64,000 nucleotides of DNA from NCBI GenBank assembly GCA_002269645.1, contig NIVC01000644.1, positions 62,001 to 126,000 of the forward strand, in the 5' to 3' direction. Each line of letters opens with the position of its first letter. Position 1 is the stretch's first letter. Positions 51,610 through 64,000 of the stretch are shown piece by piece. The stretch comes from Macrostomum lignano. Taxonomy: Eukaryota. The translations under genes were made by a program, and so were the position numbers. The notes under the pieces were generated by a model, which saw only the letters and a list, made by a program, of their open reading frames with translations, had not been told where the DNA came from and searched no databases.

Positions 51610-52170
51610 GATTCATACCTAAGCAAGTAGCATAAAACCATTCGCCACATGCATTGCAAAATATTGATTTTTAGTTTGGATAGTAAGGTGTATAGCAAAT
51701 GCAGTAGATATCAACTGAGAATTGCCAATGCCTTCAAACTACTACTTTGCGTGATGACCTGACAATAGCTTCAGTTTGCACATGTCAGTAGCTTCTAAGC
51801 ACTGGATTAAATGGCAAGGCATCTTAAGTCCATCAAACTGGCAATTTGCTAGATCCGTTTAACAAGCCAGTGTGACCGCGTATGTGATGCAGTAAAGGCC
51901 ACAGCTATAGGCACCCTCCTGAGTAGCAATGTTCGAATAATAAAAGCTTGTGCTTTTTTAGCAGATCGCAGAAATGCTGTCATGTTGATCAATAAATCTT
52001 CACAAATGATCTTCTGTTTCGGCGGCTATGGATCATAAATCACAAGTTTGCTGCTCTAGTTCAAAAGTACACACTAATGTCCTCTAACACTGTTGTGAAA
52101 AAATTGCACAAAGCAAGCGGTTCCTATTGTGAAGGTAGTGAGGAGCATATGGCAATAAATGTATGACATT
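51610..52170 (-). pseudogene. Fossil Ulp1-like (C48) cysteine protease plus PHD finger, probably transposon-derived
   Basis: Translates as FVQFFHNSVRGH*CVLL..VIYDP ... TQEGAYSCGLYCITYAVTLAC*TDLANCQFDGLKMPCHLIQCLE ... VDIYCICYTPY..IFCNACGEWFYATCLG, with stops and frameshifts. Confidence 0.75.
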
Positions 52171-54044
52171 CTAAAAACCAAAAATTATTTTATATTATTA
52201 TTTTATAATAAATTTAAATGAGAACAATTTATCTGAAAATAAGGCCTAAACAGAAACAAAAATAAAGCAGAATATATATCCATATTATAATAAAACTAAA
52301 TCTAGAGATTTTCTTAATCTGTTATTTTATATCTCCATTGATTCCACAAATAGTAATCCATATCCATATCTACATCTTAGTAAACAACATATTCAGTATC
52401 CATATCTGTTTTTGTAGTTTAGTTCATACCTATTATAATATAACTAAAAATAAATGATTTATATAAAAATAAAGTTAAAGAAACATTTACTATGAATCAT
52501 ATCATTATTGCAATATAAATTAGATTGTCTCTTTTATTATTTATGTTATGATTGTGTGCCACAAATGCATGCAAATTGTATAGTATACCAACATGGCACA
52601 TGCATGCCAATCTAAACTATCAAAATTTGTGACTATGCCAGATTAGTCTGGCACATAGACACCCTTTTTTCTGGACAATGGCTTAATACTTGCATAAAAT
52701 AAGGCCTCAAATAAAGAAATGGTGCTTTTTAGTAACAAAACTTAAATTTATAAAGCTTTTTACAATTTATATTTAAGTTCTGAAGAATCTTTGTTACTAT
52801 TACCAATCATTTACAGAATTATATTTGTTTGAGAGAGATCTAGTTTTAAAAAGTAATAGTAATACTATTGCATTTGCATGCATACCTCTTTTTGTATTTA
52901 TTCTATTTGTTATAATGTTGCTTACTATTATTTGTGTGACATTTTACTAGCTTTGTGTTTAATCTTTAATGTATTTAATTGCTATGCATTGTAATAAACT
53001 TTTTAAAGTATATTATTTTCTATATATAACAACAACAACAAAGTATGCTGTCAGATGGAAAAAAGTAGCATCACAGGGCATGCAGCATACTTCAGAGCCT
53101 AGGCGCAAACAAAGGCCACACCACTGTTCTATATATAATACAATATTAAATTAATAGTGCAAGTGTTTGTGCTGCTTCAGCATGTTGGTTCCTGAGTCTT
53201 GATTAGCTACAATTCAAACGGCAGCCTTCAACATTATTTCATTACAAAACTTGAGAGCTCAATCAGGTCCAGAGAGTGGCAGCTTAAACATTTAAATTTT
53301 ATAGGAAATAGTACATTATAACAATAGAAGATACTATGAACTACTTTAAATAAAATTAATCAGTAACTATAGATACCTTATGTTAGATATAAAATAGTCT
53401 AAAGATACATATGTAATTTCAGGTAAATTTCAGGTAATTGTTTAGGAGTTTAATTTTTTAGCCATTACCAATTCTGGGTTATTCATTTCCGCTGCTCTTC
53501 ATCCACATTTTAACCAGTATATCTGTTCTACATCCACATCCGTTTCTGCCATCTGCATTTTACCTTCTATTTCTGTATTCCGCATTTTACCTTTGATTTC
53601 CATATTCCGCGTTTCATCTGCTGCATCCGGTCCATATCTACATCCATATCCACTTTTTATCTGGTACCTAAAAGTGTTTCATTTGCCAGTTGATAGAAAA
53701 CCCTAAAATTTAATTTAGTACTTATAGGCATGTCTACTATATGCATAATGTTAAGCACACATGTATGTTGCTTTAAATTTTTATAATAAGGAGACTGTTA
53801 TCATCACCAATGTCAAAAAGATTCTATACTAAAGACACAGCCATCTTCTATGTCTAAGTATAAACCCATTCAATATTAAATGACATAGCTGCTAGAACTA
53901 TGTAGGCTTTATTGACATGGCCACCATGTTTGTGTTAAAGCATTATTATACGCTCGTATTATTTACCCTATTGGAATAAATGTTAAAAACCCGCAGACGC
54001 GCTTTAGAATAGAGTCAAATTATTTTCCCACGCTTTAGGATTAT

Positions 54045-54375
54045 TAGAGATGTCCCGAAAGAGCAGTTTCCTCGAAATCAAAATTCGTTAACTTTCCAAA
54101 CTCAAAATTGAAATTTTCCGAAATCAAAACGCAGAAAAACAAAGTTTAGTATGACCAATACTCACTTTTTACATTCGATTTACTGCTTATGCAAAATGAA
54201 ATACACGTATATGTAGCAGAAATTACTGCTTTTTAAGCGATTTTTTTTGCGATATATTTAGCGATTTTTTAGACACTTCCAAATTTTAACTTCTAATTTT
54301 ATTCGAAATTGAAATTTGCTCTTAATAAAAATTCTAATTTTGGAAAATTCAAATTGAAATTTCGGAACATCTCTA
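54045..54375. mobile_element. hAT-type MITE, 331 bp
   Basis: 15-bp TIR tagagatgtcccgaa / ttcggaacatctcta; degenerate 8-bp TSD aggattat / agctttat; gaaatc/gaaatt subterminal repeats. Confidence 0.7.
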
Positions 54376-55059
54376 AGCTTTATAAATTATAAGTGTATAG
54401 GCCCCTTCCACAGAGGTATTAGATGACTCCTTTCCATGCATATGTATTTGCTAGAGCAGCAGCCAGCAAGAAAAGGCGGCGCGTGCACGCCGCGCAGGCG
54501 CTGTGTGCGCGCCGTGCTTTAGAAAAATTTCAAAAGTGCGCCGGACGCCGTCCGCGGATTTACAACTTTTTCCTATAGGGATTATTTATATTGTAAAGAC
54601 ATTGCAGCCTAGTGTGCATAATATTTTTTAAGCTTTGAATATGCAAACTTAAATGCAGCCAGAAATTCAAATTAAACTGCCTTATCTCATTCGTATCAAA
54701 TAACCAATGACTACCCAAATTTTGTCAACCCCCTGCCATCTCATTACTATTGTATCAACTTATTAAAGTGCATTCTTTTTAAAAACTTAACACTAACAGC
54801 TTTTTTATTATTTGCACTGCAAGTTAGTTATTTAATTTATATCTGCTTTGGAATATAAAATAATGCACAAGCAGTTTGAACTTGAAGATTTTAAAAACCT
54901 TTTTGCTTACATGAGTTGGTCTCCTGGCTCAGGGATCTCACTTATATAGTGCTAGGAACTGTTGCTTACGGAATGCAGCAATGACCACAATACTAAGAAT
55001 AATGCCGTCTTTATGCCCCAGTTGGTAGTTGGTTGTCCATTGTTAGCAGTCCATAGTTG

Positions 55060-55960
55060 GTAGCTAAGGTATTTGACAGTTGAGGTCTTTGTCAAGAATG
55101 ATTCCAAGTGAAGAGACCTTAGTAGGTATTTGATAGTTGAGGTCATTGTCAAGAATGATTCCAAGAGAAGAGACCAAGCTAAGGTATTTGACAGTTAAGG
55201 TCTTTGTCAAGAATGATTCCAAGAAGAGACCAAGCTAAGGTATTTGACAGTTAAGGTCTTTGTCAAGAATGATTCCAAGAGAAGAGACCAAGCTAAGGTA
55301 TTTGACAGTTAAGGTTTTTTGTCAAGAATGATTCCAAGAAGAGACCAAGCTAAAGTATTTGACAGTTAAGGTCTTTGTCAAGAATGATTCCAAGTGAAGA
55401 GACCTTAGTAGGTATTTGATAGTTGAGGTCATTGTCAAGAATGATTCCAAGAGAAGAGACCAAGCTAAGGTATTTGACAGTTGAGGTCTTTGTCAAGAAT
55501 GATTGCAAGAGAAGAGACCAAGCTAAGGTATTTGACAGTTGAGGTCTTTGTCAAGAATGATTCCAAGAGAAGAGACCAAGCTAAGGTATTTGACAGTTAA
55601 GGTCTTTGTCAAGAATGATTCCAAGAGAAGAGACCAAGCTAAGGTATTTGACAGTTAAGGTCTTTGTCAAGAATGATTGCAAGAGAAGAGACCAAGCTAA
55701 GGTATTTGACAGTTAAGGTCTTTGTCAAGAATGATTCCAAGAGAAGAGACCAAGCTAAGGTATTTGACAGTTGAGGTCTTTGTCAAGAATGATTCCAAGA
55801 GAAGAGACCAAGCTAAGGTATTTGACAGTTGAGGTCTTTGTCAAGAATGATTGCAAGAGAAGAGACCAAGCTAAGGTATTTGACAGTTGAGGTCTTTGTC
55901 AAGAATGATTGCAAGAGAAGAGACCAAGTTTAAGGTATTTGAAGTTGAGGTCTTTGTTAA
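55060..55960. repeat. 58-bp minisatellite gaccaagctaaggtatttgacagttgaggtctttgtcaagaatgattccaagagaaga
   Basis: About 15 contiguous units, internal ttgaca/tgtcaa palindrome, no unique spacers. Confidence 0.96.
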
Positions 55961-56263
55961 GATTGAGTCAGAAAAAAGCCTAAATCAATATATTTGATTC
56001 TTCCTTTCATCAAAGTCTAAGAATAGTCGTCTTTAGAACAGTGACATGGTTACCTTTTGGCTTAATAAAGGGCACAGCCTTGCTTTTTGGATTTGTTAAT
56101 CATAATTCAACATTTTAAAGTATTTTTATAGATGACAATGAAGCTTTTGAACCAGAAAATAGCCGATCACTGTAAAGTTATATGGCCAATCAGAGTGGAG
56201 GATCAGAACGAAGTAAAAGGCAATTTCTCACTGAATAAAACTCATGGATTTCCAGCGCAATTG

Positions 56264-64000
<7,737 letters not shown>

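Noticed and set aside
54470-54560. GC-rich hairpin-like patch as a structured RNA or promoter
   Set aside because: Short and imperfect, with no recognisable RNA family or linked splice site.
55060-55960. 58-bp palindromic repeat as a CRISPR-like array
   Set aside because: Units are contiguous without unique spacers, there are no cas genes, and the context is eukaryotic.

Overview
Eukaryotic (animal) genomic DNA with four spliced protein-coding genes. Minus strand: a NOSTRIN-like F-BAR/SH3 gene (4104-15478, 9 exons), a RING-less lin-41/TRIM71 orthologue (25415-30962, 6 exons) and DEK (about 32214-35220). Plus strand: the 5' part of CACHD1 (56264 to beyond the window end). Almost every larger intron is filled by its own 20-60 bp minisatellite. 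The AT-rich regions upstream of genes (15.5-20 kb, 35.3-56 kb) hold DNA-transposon relics: a dead piggyBac, several hAT and MULE MITEs, a 4-bp-TSD MITE family in three copies, and a Ulp1/PHD fossil. This architecture suggests a Macrostomum-type free-living flatworm (inference only). Most long ORFs in the supplied track are repeat artefacts. The two best leads are (i) recurrent TA-(CG)CTCG-TA insertions that look like excision footprints of an unidentified TA-targeting transposon, three of them with the empty allele visible in a sister repeat copy, and (ii) one let-7 8mer plus five miR-125/lin-4 seed matches downstream of the lin-41 stop. All alignments were done by eye and homologies are from recalled sequences, not database searches.
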